A stretch of DNA of 64,000 nucleotides. Origin: Amphiscolops sp. MND2022. Lineage: Eukaryota. A program made the position numbers and the translations under genes. The stretch covers positions 24,304,001-24,368,000 of the forward strand of contig OZ076417.1 in the NCBI GenBank assembly GCA_964187785.1, given 5' to 3'. Under the pieces are notes generated by a model. It was not told the DNA's origin, searched no databases, and saw only the letters and a list, made by a program, of their open reading frames with translations. Shown here piece after piece: positions 14,575-27,413 of the stretch; the stretch's first letter is position 1, and each line of letters opens with the position of its first letter.

Positions 14575-14840
14575 CATTCACATTGTCATTCCGGTGAAAA
14601 ACTTCCTATTAAAACTTCCAATCAAGTCTATTACATCCCACTCTTACCATTATTGTTGTCTATTACATCCCACTGATACCATTATTTTTTTCCATTTTCA
14701 TTCATGATGTTTAACTGAAACAAATTCAATAGTTTGGCATCGTGAATGAAAATCGAAAACAATATTGGTAAGAGTGGGATGTAATAGACTTGATTGAATG
14801 TTTTAATAGGAAGTTTTTCACCGGAATGACCATGTGAATG
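14575..14840. repeat. Inverted duplication (83-bp arms, 100-bp spacer) of the integrase zinc-binding segment
   Basis: 14575-14657 is the reverse complement of 14758-14840; both strands translate to HSH.HSGEKLPIKT.NQVYYIPLLP. Confidence 0.9.
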
Positions 14841-16016
14841 AGTTACAATTTTAGACTTTGATTGACTGTCTAGACATCTCATACAAATGTCCAGTTTTCA
14901 TAGTTCCAAAGTTAATTATTATCCAATCTTACGACTCGTCCATCATCATTTTGTCGTAGACTTTTGACAGCTCAGCTATCTAATGGAACAACTTCAGTCT
15001 TCATAGGTACAGTGATAGATTACTACTATATCTTGTCACACGGATACAAGGTGAATTCTAATACCAATACCATTCGTAAACCAAGTTTATTTTACCCCTA
15101 TCACGTTTCCAACCTGGCGTCTCCTACTGCCATCTCATCTAGTTCTGCAACAGACACCAACTCTTCTACCTTCTCTTCTGTTTCCACCGAAACTATATAC
15201 TTCTCTCAAACCTCTTCTATACTTTTACATCGCCCACTTTCAAACCTTAAAAATACCTATAAGTCCTTAAAGATACCTGTAAATCCTCCTATAGACACTA
15301 CTTCAACCAATACTGTTGCACATACTCCTAAAACAACTCCCATTAAACTCAACCCCGAAAACATTAAGTGGTAGTTTTTGTGATTTCAAATTTTCGAAAA
15401 ATTTTATTTTTATGAATTGTGTGTCTATTGATTGTGTAAACATTTATTGCGAACTGAAATTCGATACCCTGGTGTATAACTTGGTTTGGTACCATTCCAT
15501 CGTAACAATCGTTGTTGAATTTTACCGGTTACAGCCAGCTTTTGTATCAGCTATTTTCGTGTTAACCCGGTCAGCCGTAACGAATTTTCAAGGAATTACT
15601 CAAAATGGAATTAAAACCGGAAAGTTGAAGCCCTAATAAGAAAATGAAAAATATTCTTGTTATGGAAACCAATCTGACTCTGAAATACAACTTTTTTTCA
15701 GAAACAATTTGTTCCAGAATACATATAGTCCACCTCAACAAACCACATAGTATAACATTGGTTGTATAGTATATAACAGTATGATATTGACGACGAGTAG
15801 CTTTTACCTTAGAATCGCCTTGGGTACACAATTGAGGTTGGTCAAGGGTAAGAAGCTTTTTTTGAATCTTCACATTGTTGTTGATCGGAACCGGCAGAAA
15901 TGGGAATTCCTTTAAGGCATGTATGTAGAGTCGACTCTAATCATGACCATTTTCGCGGCTACTTAATGATTACAATGCAAATTTGATTGCGGAATGTGAA
16001 AGTTTAGTGATGGAAA

Positions 16017-16761
16017 TCAGGCTGAATTAACATTCGAATCTTTGGTGTAGTGGATAATAATTTCCATAAAGTTTAAAAAAAGCGCCGTCTGAGTCTCGAG
16101 ATGCACCCAGGATCCATGTATCTCTCTATCACATCTCAAATAATTCCAGCTGTTGTCAGCTCTCAAAAACTGTCCGCATAATGTGCAGTCGTTTAAACTA
16201 GAATCTCGACAGACTTCGACGATTAAAGAATTGAGTCGTGTCACTGAAAATTCAAAGTACAGTAAACTATAAGTAGTTGAAAGCTTTCTTGAAAAAAAAG
16301 TCGGTAGTTGATAATTTCTTGATCGCATAACGGTATGCAACTAAATCTTTTAGAAAAACAGTTGGATAAAAGTATGACTTTTGATTTTGCTGCAGGTATT
16401 CAAGCTCGAGAGAGTATCCAAGTTCTTAGAAAGGTCAAAAATTGCATAATGATGTAAATTCTCGTTTGTCGATGATTTCAAAGCTATCAACTAAACAGTT
16501 TTGAAGAATTGTTGATGCCCGTGAAAGTGAGGTCTACGTAAGGAGCAAACTAACCACAGATATTATCCTTACACCAGTCACGTCGATTAAGTATTGTCAA
16601 CGAATTGACCAGAAAGATCGCACCCAAATAAAGATCGACTGTAATTTTGTCTACTCTCCTCGTGGAATGAAACATCGTGTCAAGGTTGCCATCCCATAAG
16701 TTGCTAATCGGATCTCCTGGCCTTGAGGTATTCGAACCAGCTCCTATGGGCTGTACGAAGT
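16017..16761 (-). CDS. Last two exons (16555-16761, 16017-16243) of a host gene encoding an F-type lectin / F5-8C-like domain
   Basis: Canonical AG/GT sites, phase 1-1. The spliced product reads DFVQP...NLWDGNLDTMFHS...VDLYLGAIFLVNSLTILNRRDWCKDNIC-VTRLNSLIVEV...CGQF...LRCDREIHGSWVHL...LNFMEIIIH*, showing the DG..T.FH, NR.D, C..RL, G..V.L and L.F.E motifs. Confidence 0.72.
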
Positions 16762-17151
16762 CTGTAAGTTTTCCAAAATAGATTGTACAAATCGAAAAAA
16801 TGCTGAAGCTGATTTTTTCTTGCAGTAAAAATTAGTAACTCATAAACTAAGTCCGACCTTCATCGGCCATTGTTTTTTCGGCGAATCTTTTTTAGTATTC
16901 AATTCAAGTTAGTATCTGAAACTTGTACTTGTCTTGTGGGATGATCTATAACTGATTGCACGTTGCTCTCATCAAAAAATCCTATCGTCAGGAAAAACGG
17001 TGTTTTGGTTCCAACACTCGTCTTCACATCGTAAAGAAAATATGGTTCAATCATTGGGATAAAAAACACTTTTCAAAAAATAGAAAAAGTGAAGAGTGTA
17101 TCGACAAAGCATAACTAGTAAAAAACTTGTGAAAGTAAAATTGTACTATAC

Positions 17152-17376
17152 CGCAATCTCTTGAGCAACAAGGCACCTCACACGAAGGGAAGAGTGTTGT
17201 GTTGCCCCCAGGAAAGACAAAAGTGTTGAAACAGAAGTTGTATCCATTGTAATTAGCCACCATGTAGTGCGTTTCGCAATCACAGTACCAGCTAACAGCG
17301 GTGCTGCAGAATGTAATGGGCGAGTAGCCTTCACTCGCATAATCATAGACATCTAGGTCTTTCAGTGGACTCGGAA
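17152..17376 (-). CDS. Cys-rich extracellular-type exon, probably the same gene as 16017-16761
   Basis: 225 nt, phase 1-1, AG/GT flanked, open: VPSPLKDLDVYDY...FCSTAVSWYCDCETHY...FCFNTF...SCEVPCCSRDC. Confidence 0.5.
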
Positions 17377-17984
17377 CTGGTAATGGAGAATGCTATAGAC
17401 AAATTTTGAAACTGATTCCGTATAAAAAAAGTGGAGGCCCTGGAGCATTCTATTAACAAGCCACATTTTTAACAACCCAAGTACTTTGGTCCCATTTATA
17501 ATTATGTGCTCTACATACTCTTCTCAGTACTACTTTGCAAATCTCCCAGAATTTTCGTGTTTGCATAATCGTTCAAAAACATGTCACGACACTTGAAACG
17601 AATGAAAATGAATTCATCTGCTGGAAACTTTCACCAATCACTTTTTAAACAATCAATGACTTAAGACCAGATGTTTTTTTTAAATATCTCTGTCGCAGCA
17701 ACCGTTTCAACCGCTGAGCAGCACTGAGAGCAAAAGAAGCTTCGAAATGACTTTATGAACATTCTACTCTCAAAACAGTATTTCGATTATAGTCTAGTAA
17801 GTTCAAATATTATTATATGACGATACATAAATCAAATATTTTACTTGATAAATCATGCATTTCTTGAAAATAGTACTAAAATTGCACTTTCAAAACTGTT
17901 ACATGGATGTGTGTTACATGTTTGTTTTCAGGATTGTTAGTTCATGTAAGCACAGAGAAGCAAGCCCAAGTGAATGCAAACAAA

Positions 17985-18200
17985 TGAGAATCAGATACAA
18001 GTTTGGACAAAAAGACTGACTGATGGAACAATGAAAGCAAAGTCAGCATTGTCAAATGAATTGAAAGATTAGCTCAGGAAATTGATGAAAGAAATGAAGA
18101 GTGTCAAAATAACATGGAAAGTTCCACTCAGAAATATGCATGAGCAAAATACATCGCAAATGGAAACGTCCGATCTTGCGAATCACAGGAACGTTGGATC
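17985..18200 (+). pseudogene. Degenerate gag N-terminal relic related to the 19.3-kb ORF
   Basis: Translates NENQIQVWTKRLTD..., compared with NENEMQVWTQRVTD at 19.3 kb; contains stops. Confidence 0.4.
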
Positions 18201-18994
18201 AACCCGGAATGGATGAGGAATTTTCAAGATGCATCCAAAACAATGGTGCTTAAACTTTGAAACGCAATTTCGCCGAAACTATTCAAGTCCGGCAAACGAT
18301 TTTTAGCGCGTTCTAAATTAGAAAATCAGGGCTTTCAATTTGCTTTCTGCTGAGCTTGCGGGCACAATTTTTGCGGGAAGTCCACTGCTGGTGCGCTTCG
18401 CCGCATTGACTCTGCACTTCGCGCCAAAACTTTGCACGCCGCGTGTCTCATGACTGCATTTCAACATGTTTCAAAACATGCTAGGACAACTTTGACCCAA
18501 TCTTGCCCGCAGTGGGAAAAAGTTGCAATACCGAATTTTTTATTAATTTTTTGGTCCCGTCTTGTTGATTTTGGAGGCATCAAGTCAACAATCTGTGAAC
18601 TTGCCTGCAATGCCATGTAGTATCGTCTGAGAAACCTATTCAAGAGTTTTCTTTACCATACGGTTTAGCTGGCGCCTTTAGAAGTTTGCACATTTTAATT
18701 GGTGCAAAAACATACCCCCGTGCTATTTAGGGTTAAATGAAACTATATCGATCTTTAAGAAAACAAAATGCATTTTTTTCATCGCCGCTGAACTAAGTGA
18801 ACTTAGATAGTCCGTGATTCAACTTGTGAATAACCGATAATTTGATCGAGGCAACAATGTAATTACACATGAGGGCCGTAGAGAGAAGGATAGTCGTACT
18901 ACAATAGCTGGAACCTCAAAATATCCATGAACAAAACGAACAACAAACTAATTCATACGATACAAAAAGGGAGACAGCTGTGACAATCCTGTCC

Positions 18995-20150
18995 TGTACG
19001 GTCTTAATTTATGATAACGGTGTCGTCTTAGTCAAGATTTTGAATGGAAATTGGTTGTATTGGTGTTCTAAGTTCATTTGTTTTTGATGGCCTGAGACAA
19101 TTTTCCTGTGTTCTGTTTTCTTGATCTTCGGTTACAGATGTGTTTGTTTTGTCGTCGTTGTTTTTTATGCAATTTGGTGTTTCTATTCTTGACGTAAGTT
19201 CTTCATCAATTTTCCTTCTCAAGCTGATTGCACTCTTTTACTGTTCTTCACTTCTCTCGTCATCTTTTCTAGCTTTACGTTCGTTTCTTTTCTTTGTTAT
19301 CTGTCACTCTTTGTGTCCACACCTGCATCTCGTTTTCGTTTTGCGTAGTGTCAATTAAAACTGCTTCTCTATTCCTAACTGAACTAACATTATCAAAATT
19401 ACTAAGAGTTTCTGTCATAGTTTCAATACTTCGTGATGCTTCTGCCTCTGAATCGCTTATTTCTCTCTCAAATGAGGGCCACTGTCCTCGTCTAGATCTT
19501 CTATTTCTATTGTTTCCCATCTGTTAGGTTAAAACGAAGTTTTGTTGGAGAGAAGAATTTCAATTATATGGAGAGTGAAATGAGACTGAGTTGAAAACAT
19601 AGTTGCAGAAGTCACTCATAGTTTCAAATCAACAAGAGAAAGTAGGGACTGAAATAAGATTAACTGAGATTAATTGGTTTTAGAAGCTAAGAAAAGAGGG
19701 TCTGGTTCGTGTGATGTTTTTTTAAGTGTCAATTCTGTGATATGCTTCTAGCTCTCCTTTTGTTAGGGTTTCATTTATAATAAAGTGACAATCACTTTTT
19801 CAAAATAGATCAGTAGGTCATTTTCTAAAAAAAGCACCCCGTTTTTTGTTAGTTATAAAAATAGGTTCTTGAATGACGTAATGTACTGCTCTCTGATTGG
19901 CTACAGTATACGCTATACCGTTAGCAAGGAACAATAATACAAGGAGCAAAACTGGACGTAATGTGCAGTATGAGCCATCCCTTCTACATATTACGCAATG
20001 CTGAATACAAAATCGTGATTACATATGAGTCATACTGCCAAGGGATCACATCAAAAGTACCGAGGGAATGGAATTATCCTGCAGTATACTGTAAACTTAG
20101 TGCAGCAGTCGGGTCAAATGATTAAGTTCAGTGTGCATTATTCCCGTACA
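18995..20150 (-). mobile_element. Solo-LTR-like element (1156 bp) containing a frameshifted gag N-terminal ORF
   Basis: 7-bp inverted termini TGTACGG...CCGTACA. Minus-strand ORFs 19275-19520 (MGNNRNRRSRR...) and 19028-19222 fill the downstream part; CCAAT/TGACGT motifs at about 19870-19900. No target-site duplication found. Confidence 0.55.
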
Positions 20151-20922
20151 AAGGGTGTGCATAACTTATTAATTCCATAATTAAATATGTAAAATAGCAT
20201 CACACAATAAATGAATGGTTAATTTGCACTATGCAAGAATTTGTATACGAGCTAGTATCAATGGTGAAATTTACTAAGTATTGATAACAAACAAATTCTA
20301 ACACCGCTGGTGTTAAAATTTTACAAATGAATTCACATGACATGAGTTTAAAGAAGTGGCACGTTTTGGATGAACTTTTGCAGACGGATTGAAACATGCC
20401 CCTAATGCTGCACACCGGATCCGACGCAGACTCTAGCCTGCGACAACAGAATAGACAGAATCAAAATGTGGAGTCTTATGTGAACTCATCAACGTTCCTT
20501 GGATTTAATTTCGCTGTAACCCTCATTTTTCATTGGTTTCCCACATTCTGAGCACTGTAAGCAAAATATTCCACTGAGAAATTATTCATTTCGTAAACAA
20601 ATTCTAAAGATTTCCAAAGTCAGAGATTGTAATATAGGTACTGAGTCCATTTTTACTGACTTGAGAACCGTAAATATATATTGGTAGTCTCTTGAAAAAG
20701 TTTCTTCACAAAATCCTTGTCGGAAGTTGACAATAACTATACAGGATCAGTACAATCGCTGAAACAAGCCAGGAAAAACCTGGAAAAGAATCATTTTTGT
20801 GGGCGGATGCAAGTAGTTTGTCTATCTTGAGAGAAACTTTGCCATGTGATTCATGACAACCAAAACGTGATGAAAATGATAAGAGTCAAAAATCATAGCG
20901 TGGTAGCTAAATCGTGAAAGAC

Positions 20923-21240
20923 CCAGAACCGCATGTGCTCTAAAGGAGTCGGCACCGGATCAAAGTTATGAAAAACGTATAACATAATTTGTTGTCAATT
21001 GGTCTTATTTGGCTTTGTTTGTCAGATTCCAGTCATATGACTTTGATACCCAAGCACAAATATGACCCTAATATGGTGTAGAAGGATTGTAAAAATTACT
21101 TCGAATCGTATCGACTGTTTTCGAGTGTATTTTTATTAAAATCGTAGAAACAGTTTTCGAGAAATTTGAATTTTTCGCTGAAAGGTCGGGATAAATACAA
21201 GCACGATTGCATAAGTAGAATTATTTCCGACACCTAAAAA
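20923..21240. mobile_element. Dispersed non-coding repeat (family A), copy 2 (intronic)
   Basis: Similar to 1055-1596, with an internal deletion. Confidence 0.55.
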
Positions 21241-21270
21241 CAGTTTTTCATAATCACGAATTCAACTTAC

Positions 21271-21762
21271 CGCAAACGAAAGATCCGGGAAAATTAAGAC
21301 AGTGTAAATTAGGTGATTGAACGCAGTCGTGGAGGTTCACTAAGCACTCATCAACGTCTAAACACTCTTGAGAGGTCGCTCCTTTTGTGAACCCACTTGA
21401 ACATGTGCATGTGAAACTTCCAACAGTGTTTTGACATACCTCCCGCTCATTTGAACACGAGAAATCACATTCATTGATATCGATACAACTATCATCTGGC
21501 TGCTGTTGTCGAAGAAACCCGGCCTCACAATGGCAAGAAAAATCACCAGCGTGGTTTAAACAAACTTCAAAACTTCCAGGACAATATATTTGTGAGAAAA
21601 GACATTCATCGACATCCGTGCAGGTCACTATACCTTCTCTCCAATTCGTGGATGATTCGTAGCCAGGTGCGCATGAACAATCAAAGCCTTGGTTGATCAC
21701 ATTGACGCAATCACCAGCATTTCCACCACATGTCTCTTCGCGCTGAAGACACTCGTCAACAT
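21271..21762 (-). CDS. Exon encoding four tandem calcium-binding EGF domains (fibrillin/fibulin-like module)
   Basis: 492 nt, phase 1-1, TTTTAG| ... |GTAAGT. Motifs DVDECLQ, DVDECLF...CLNHAGDFSCHCEAGF, DINECDF...CQNTVGSFTCTCSSGF and DVDECLV...CLNFPGSFVC. Confidence 0.9.
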
Positions 21763-24103
21763 CTAAAATCGGAACATGGATTTTTCAGGCTCTTTAGGGC
21801 AGTTTGTAGTACAGGTTTCAGAGGAAAAATACATATCTTGCAGGAGATCTGAAAGAAAGTTCCGTAAAACAATCTGGCAGAGCATATAAATTGCTTCGAT
21901 AATAATTATAATTAATCTTTCTCTTTGCTAACCTGAAGAACAGCTCGACATCTTTGTCGGCAGACCCTTCTGTACAACCGTAACATTGGTTCGACTATTG
22001 TCGGTGCAACCTTGTTTCTGCATTAGCCAAAACTTTGCTTTGGTTCGACATTTTCTATTTTGATACAACAATTTCATTTGCTCTATACCATCAAAAACAC
22101 TTACCGCATCATTTTTGGTTGACTTTTGTATCCACATTTGCTCAAACTTTAGTCAAACTTTTATGGTCCTACTCTATTTTATCGCCCTACTTGCCATAAT
22201 CGCGCTTGTTATACATAAAATTGTCACTGTTTTCATCCCTCACGAAACACTTGCCCTAACTGAAAACATAGTGACAATCGTTCTTTTCGCATATTTTTTT
22301 TCAGTGCTTGTTTTCCAACTGCATTTGATTGAAAACATTATTTGTTTTTACAATTTTCACTAATATTCCCAATGCCTTTCTAGCTCTTATTTTATAAAGC
22401 TCACAGCAACCTCTCGTTTTATATATTTATTTACATGTAAATACATTATTCATGGTGGGTTACAATGTTCTGCTTTAGAAGCACCAAATCGATGCGAATT
22501 TCCAAACTCAAAGGAGCACTTTCATCACTGGGAGGTCCAAGTGTGAATAGGTTCAAAAACCAACTTGCAGATGTGATAGCATTTGCACATCACGTTGAGT
22601 GACACATATTAAGACCAACAAAGTCAAGATTTGTTGATGTTTGAGATTGTTGTGTGGTATTTAAAGTGGGCTGTTAACGACAGTTACTATTTTATCGACT
22701 TTCGTTTCTTTCGAAATGGAATTGACTAGATGGTCTATCTTGAATTTCGAAAACGTAATTGTTACATTGATTTCTGATGAGTTGGATCACGAGATCCAGG
22801 AAAACGAAGGTTTGGGCTTTGACAATGTGAGCGGTTGGAGTATGATTTATGATCACCATCTTTTATGATGTTGATCTTATCTAATCTAATTCCTAACGTT
22901 TTGAGAAGAGCTCTGAGATTGACAGTGTTTGTTATGATATTTATGGATTGAAGTTGAATGAGAGTAAGTTTGAGTGATGTCTAGGACTTTCTTTATTCAA
23001 AACTGCAATCCTTCAGATCAAGTCAATCCCTCATCTGAAAAAAATTGGAACATATACTACAAAACGACTCTTCCAGTCTTCTTAAGTCCTTTTCCAGTCT
23101 TTTGTCTCATTTCTGATCCCACTGATATTGGTTCACATCTACACACTGACATTACCAGACCTCCTCCACCGGACCCGCAAATGGATTAAGTTTGCCTCTT
23201 ACAAAACCTCACCAAAACCATGTATTAGAACACCTCCTAGCTATCAGTGGTCAACCTTCCAGAAGCGATGCAGATTCCTTTACATTTGCTCTATTATACC
23301 ATATAATTCTTCCATCAAACTCAGCCACACATTGAACTACTTCTCTTGAAAATCTATTGGACTGTACCTCCGAAACAACTTCGTCTCGTCCCAGTGGACG
23401 TAGATCTAATCTTAGCTCAGCAAACCCTCAAAATTCTCATTCTTTAGCAAACTCTAACTTACTTCACTATACTTAGACGCCAAGAAGAATATCTCTCTAC
23501 CGACACGTTGTCATCTCAGTTTAATCTTTTTAAATCTCTTTTTCTGATATTACCACAGATTTTCAAAACGTTCTCAGAAAGAAAATGATGAATGCTTCAC
23601 AGTGGAAAACAGTCAAAGTAATCACTAGCTTACACACTTTGATTGTTTTTCACTTTGAAAGTGAATTCCAGTCAAATTGTGTACCAGGTTAAAGTGTAAA
23701 ACAATCAATTTCCGTCTTCGTGTGTGAAGTGGAAACCACTCAAAGTACGTAATTGTAGAGAGTGTAAAGTAGTCAATCGCTGTAGTTTGATCACTACGCG
23801 TAACGCCAAATCACACAGTGTAACGAGCAAAACTCGTAACGCGTATCAGAAATAATAACGCGTTTCTATTGGCTGTTAGTCGAACTAGCAAGATCTTGCT
23901 AGTTCGTTGCGGCATATGTATCGTAATGCTTTCATTACTTCTTGCATTATAACTGAAGAGTTTTTTCTAGATCTCATTTTCCATCATCCCATTTCTCAAA
24001 TTCCAAAAATTTTTCAGCAGATCTTGACCAAAACTCTTGATAGGATGATTTTTCATTTCCTCCAATTCCTGACAGCTGACTACTCTCTAACAAATAGCGA
24101 CAC

Positions 24104-25034
24104 TGTCAGAACGAGTCACGTTCGTGTTGATAACGGTGTTGAGACCGCCACATTCGGTCGTCGGTGATGATATTTTCTCGGTAAGGGCTAACACAATGTT
24201 TGTTAATTCGCTGATTTGTTTATTCATCTCCATGAAACGTTGATCAACGGAATTTGAACTAGAATTTTGTCTAACATTGATTAAATCCCCATTCTCGAAT
24301 TCATTTATCTGGTTTCTAGATAACGTGTTAGGGAAACTATATTCGCTCTCGTTGTCACTATTCTGTTCCATTCCGCTGGAACATGCAACATAACTATCTA
24401 CGTTTTGAGATCTAGTATTGACCATCTTTGAATCTTCGAAAGGAATTGTTGTTTTGAAGGTTTATTGATTTTAATTGGAGATATGAATAATCAAGTTTTG
24501 ACTAAATCAATGAGGTAAGCAACACTACGTTAGGCTGTGTAAAACTTCGTACTGATGGTACTTCAACTCTTGTCGCAATTTTCACTGCAGTTGGTCACGT
24601 GACCGCATTGGCCAATAGTATTGCGCTATTGATTAGGTGTTAATTGGTGCGTACTGCCTGTAGCAACGTAAATGGTGTTTTGTACAAAAGGTAGCACCAA
24701 TATGTTACCATGGTTACATGAATCATCTATCACTTGCGTTGGTTGATACAAATTGCGTCTATGATGGTGCACTACCAACGTTATATATGATACTACATTT
24801 TACTGATGAAATTAAATATGGTGAAAGCACTTGTACGTAGCGTGTAATGAGTAAATGATGTCAACGTTTACAATTCGTTTTTTATTTTAGGAAGTAATAA
24901 TAATGATGGGATAGGCCCGTCATTGTTCAATGGTAATTTATGGTTATTGAAATATCAAGAGTATTACATTTAACTGAGTTTTTTAAATGTTTAGAGTGTT
25001 TTTTATCAGTTTCATTCATGCTTCCGGCATGACA
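24104..25034 (-). repeat. 3' LTR (931 bp)
   Basis: Direct repeat of 38856-39786 with about 10 substitutions counted by eye; preceded on the minus strand by the PPT. Confidence 0.97.
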
Positions 25035-25046
25035 CTCCCCCTCTTT
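25035..25046 (-). other. Polypurine tract
   Basis: Minus strand AAAGAGGGGGAG immediately before the TGTCA LTR start, preceded by a T-rich tract. Confidence 0.9.
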
Positions 25047-26065
25047 AAAAGAAAAAGAGAAGTGCAGGGGTCTTTAGAAATCTGATAGCGGGGAGGTGAG
25101 GTAAATGTAGTAGCTTCACTTATGCAGTAAGTATTGGCTGATTAATCTTTCTACGAGGGTGATTTGGCTGGTGTAGTGACCTCAGTTACTTTTGGACTGT
25201 CCGTTACGGATGATGTCATAGCAACCACGTCGGTAGTGATGAGTTGCTTTGATGGCTTTGAGTACTCGGATTGTTTGGGACCAATTGTTACTTCGATTCG
25301 GTACAGCAATTGAGAGGAAGAGAATGAGTTTAGCGTAACGAGTGAACCACTTCGGTAAATAGTAATTGTAGAGTCGGTGTGGCGAGAGTAGCCACGTCAT
25401 CCAATTGTGCGCTTCGTTTGTAGTAAGAGTTTAAGTAAGAATGAATCTGCCGGAAATTAGTTGAACGTGGCAGCGTGATATAATTACTCGGCTCATTCGG
25501 TAACTGTTCGGAAGTAAATGTAGTGGAACATCGTACGCTTTGTCAACAAATCTTCGTCGGTGCTAAATACGAGAGTAGAAGTAAGCTTGGTTACGGTTGA
25601 TTCAGTTGTTGATTGAAGTTGTTCTTATCCAGTTAGCGATATACCAGGTGGATGTGATTTGACTAGCGGTAAATCGGTTCAGTGAATGCTGCCTGCATCT
25701 AGGTTGTTCTGCGTGGAAAACTCAATTGCAGTGTAGTAAGACTTCCGAATTTGGCATTCTGTTTTCTTGTTTTTCTCTTTTCCCCTTCTTTTCTTTAGTT
25801 TTGAGTAGGATCCAGCGATCTTTAGTATTCGAACGCAACCGTTCTTTGAGTTTGAATTTTTTCCGAGTGAAATATTTGCGAGTAAATTCGGTTGAAGTTT
25901 CTCTTTGTGATATTCCGGTGTCTTGTGAACACAGAGGGTGTGGGTGATCAGACCACATCTCGTATTGTCAAAGACGCTGAAGCCTGGTAGATCGCGAATT
26001 CTACAGTTATAGATCCTTGTTGTCTCGTTCGCCATTGGTTGTTCGTGATTAGTTCCATTACTTGG

Positions 26066-27356
26066 ATGTTATCCCCTGAATTGTCTGAAGAAGAAGTTGC
26101 ATCGATTGTGATAGCCGCGGAAGGCGCGCTAGCTGAGATGTCAAATTTGGAGCAGTTATCTGATGAAGAAGGGTTCCAAGCCTCAGTTGATACGTTGTTG
26201 GAAGGAGAGACACCATCTGTGTGCTGCCAGTTTGCTCAGCGTGTGACTTCGTCCAATGTAGAGGCTGCTACTACTTTGTTGGAGATAGCTCTCTCCAGTG
26301 AAATCCGTAAGTAAATCCGTAGTTATCGTTTTCCTTCCTTTTGGCTACTGAGACGGTCTTTCAACGTGTTTGTTATTGTGTGCTTTGTAGTTAGGGCTAA
26401 GCTCGTCAAGGTAATTGAAATGTTTGTTGCATTGGTATTTGTGTACTGTAGTTACCAACGTCTCGACTAAAAGAACTTCCCGGGAACTATTACCTTGGGT
26501 AGACTTCTGGGCATTGCTAATGGTACTCATAGGTTAGATTGTAACATGTATGTTGCAGAATCTTTGAGTCTGACCGATATCGTCGCCGCTCTACGACGAA
26601 TGCTTCAACAGAATGAGCCTCCAGTAGTTGCATCTCCCGTGAGTGCCGTCGAGACTGGGCTCCGGAATTATGTATACAGCCAAACTGGTAAGTCTGTTCG
26701 CTAACTGATTCGTTATTGTAACGAAGGTGTTGTATGATCGTTACTGCTCGGTACGGCGTGTCGGTTGTTTATGGTTGGCTTCGAGATGCACTCTCGTTTA
26801 CACGATGTGTAGTAATCTGCGTTGTTATCTTTTGGGTGGGATGTTTCCAGGTACGGCGTTGGGTGACTTGTTAACTCTAGACGACGTCGTTGCTGCTATC
26901 GCTCGACTGCAAAAAGAGTTGTCCGGCGTGGTTAAGGCCACCATCGAGTCCACTCTTGGTCAGCTCGGGACAGTTGGGGCAATGGCTGTGGATGAGTTTG
27001 TTGGTCAACTGACTGCAGCAGTTTCCCGTTTAGTCCCTGCTAGTGGCTTGAAAGCAACCGTGCCTGGGGAGGATGCCCCCCTCATCTCGTCATCATCATC
27101 TGTGGGTGTTGCGCCAGTTGAAAATGATGCTCAAAAAGACTTGTCGGTCGTAAGTCGGACAGCATCGATGGTTCCTTCCATTTTTGGAGAGGGAACCGTA
27201 GCAGGATCATTCAGTGCAGGGAAAGTGGCTGCTGCTAAACCTGGTAAGAATCTCAAAAGATCATGGGCGGGGTTTTAGTGAACAATAATGTTAAGATTAT
27301 CAAGAGACAAGACTAGATATATATGTTTTTTTTTGTTTTTTTGTGTGTTTGTTTTT

Positions 27357-27413
<57 letters not shown>

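Larger units (their letters stand above)
9800..15370 (+). mobile_element. Old degenerate Ty3/Gypsy retrotransposon (RT, RNase H and integrase N-terminal remnants)
   Basis: Broken frames give VLDARHLNS (12605-12625), FIDD (12901-12912), FLGH.I, KTPTSKTEL, TVDAS, TDHNP and HSHCHSGEK...YYIP (about 14570-14640). Many stops and frameshifts; LTRs not identified; boundaries approximate. Confidence 0.65.

Noticed and set aside
20300-20420. GACFNPSAKV resembling a Hint/hedgehog domain start
   Set aside because: Preceded by a stop and not followed by other Hint motifs.
25065-25072. CAGGGGTC as a hAT terminal inverted repeat
   Set aside because: No matching GACCCCTG at the other side of the gene and no 8-bp TSD seen.
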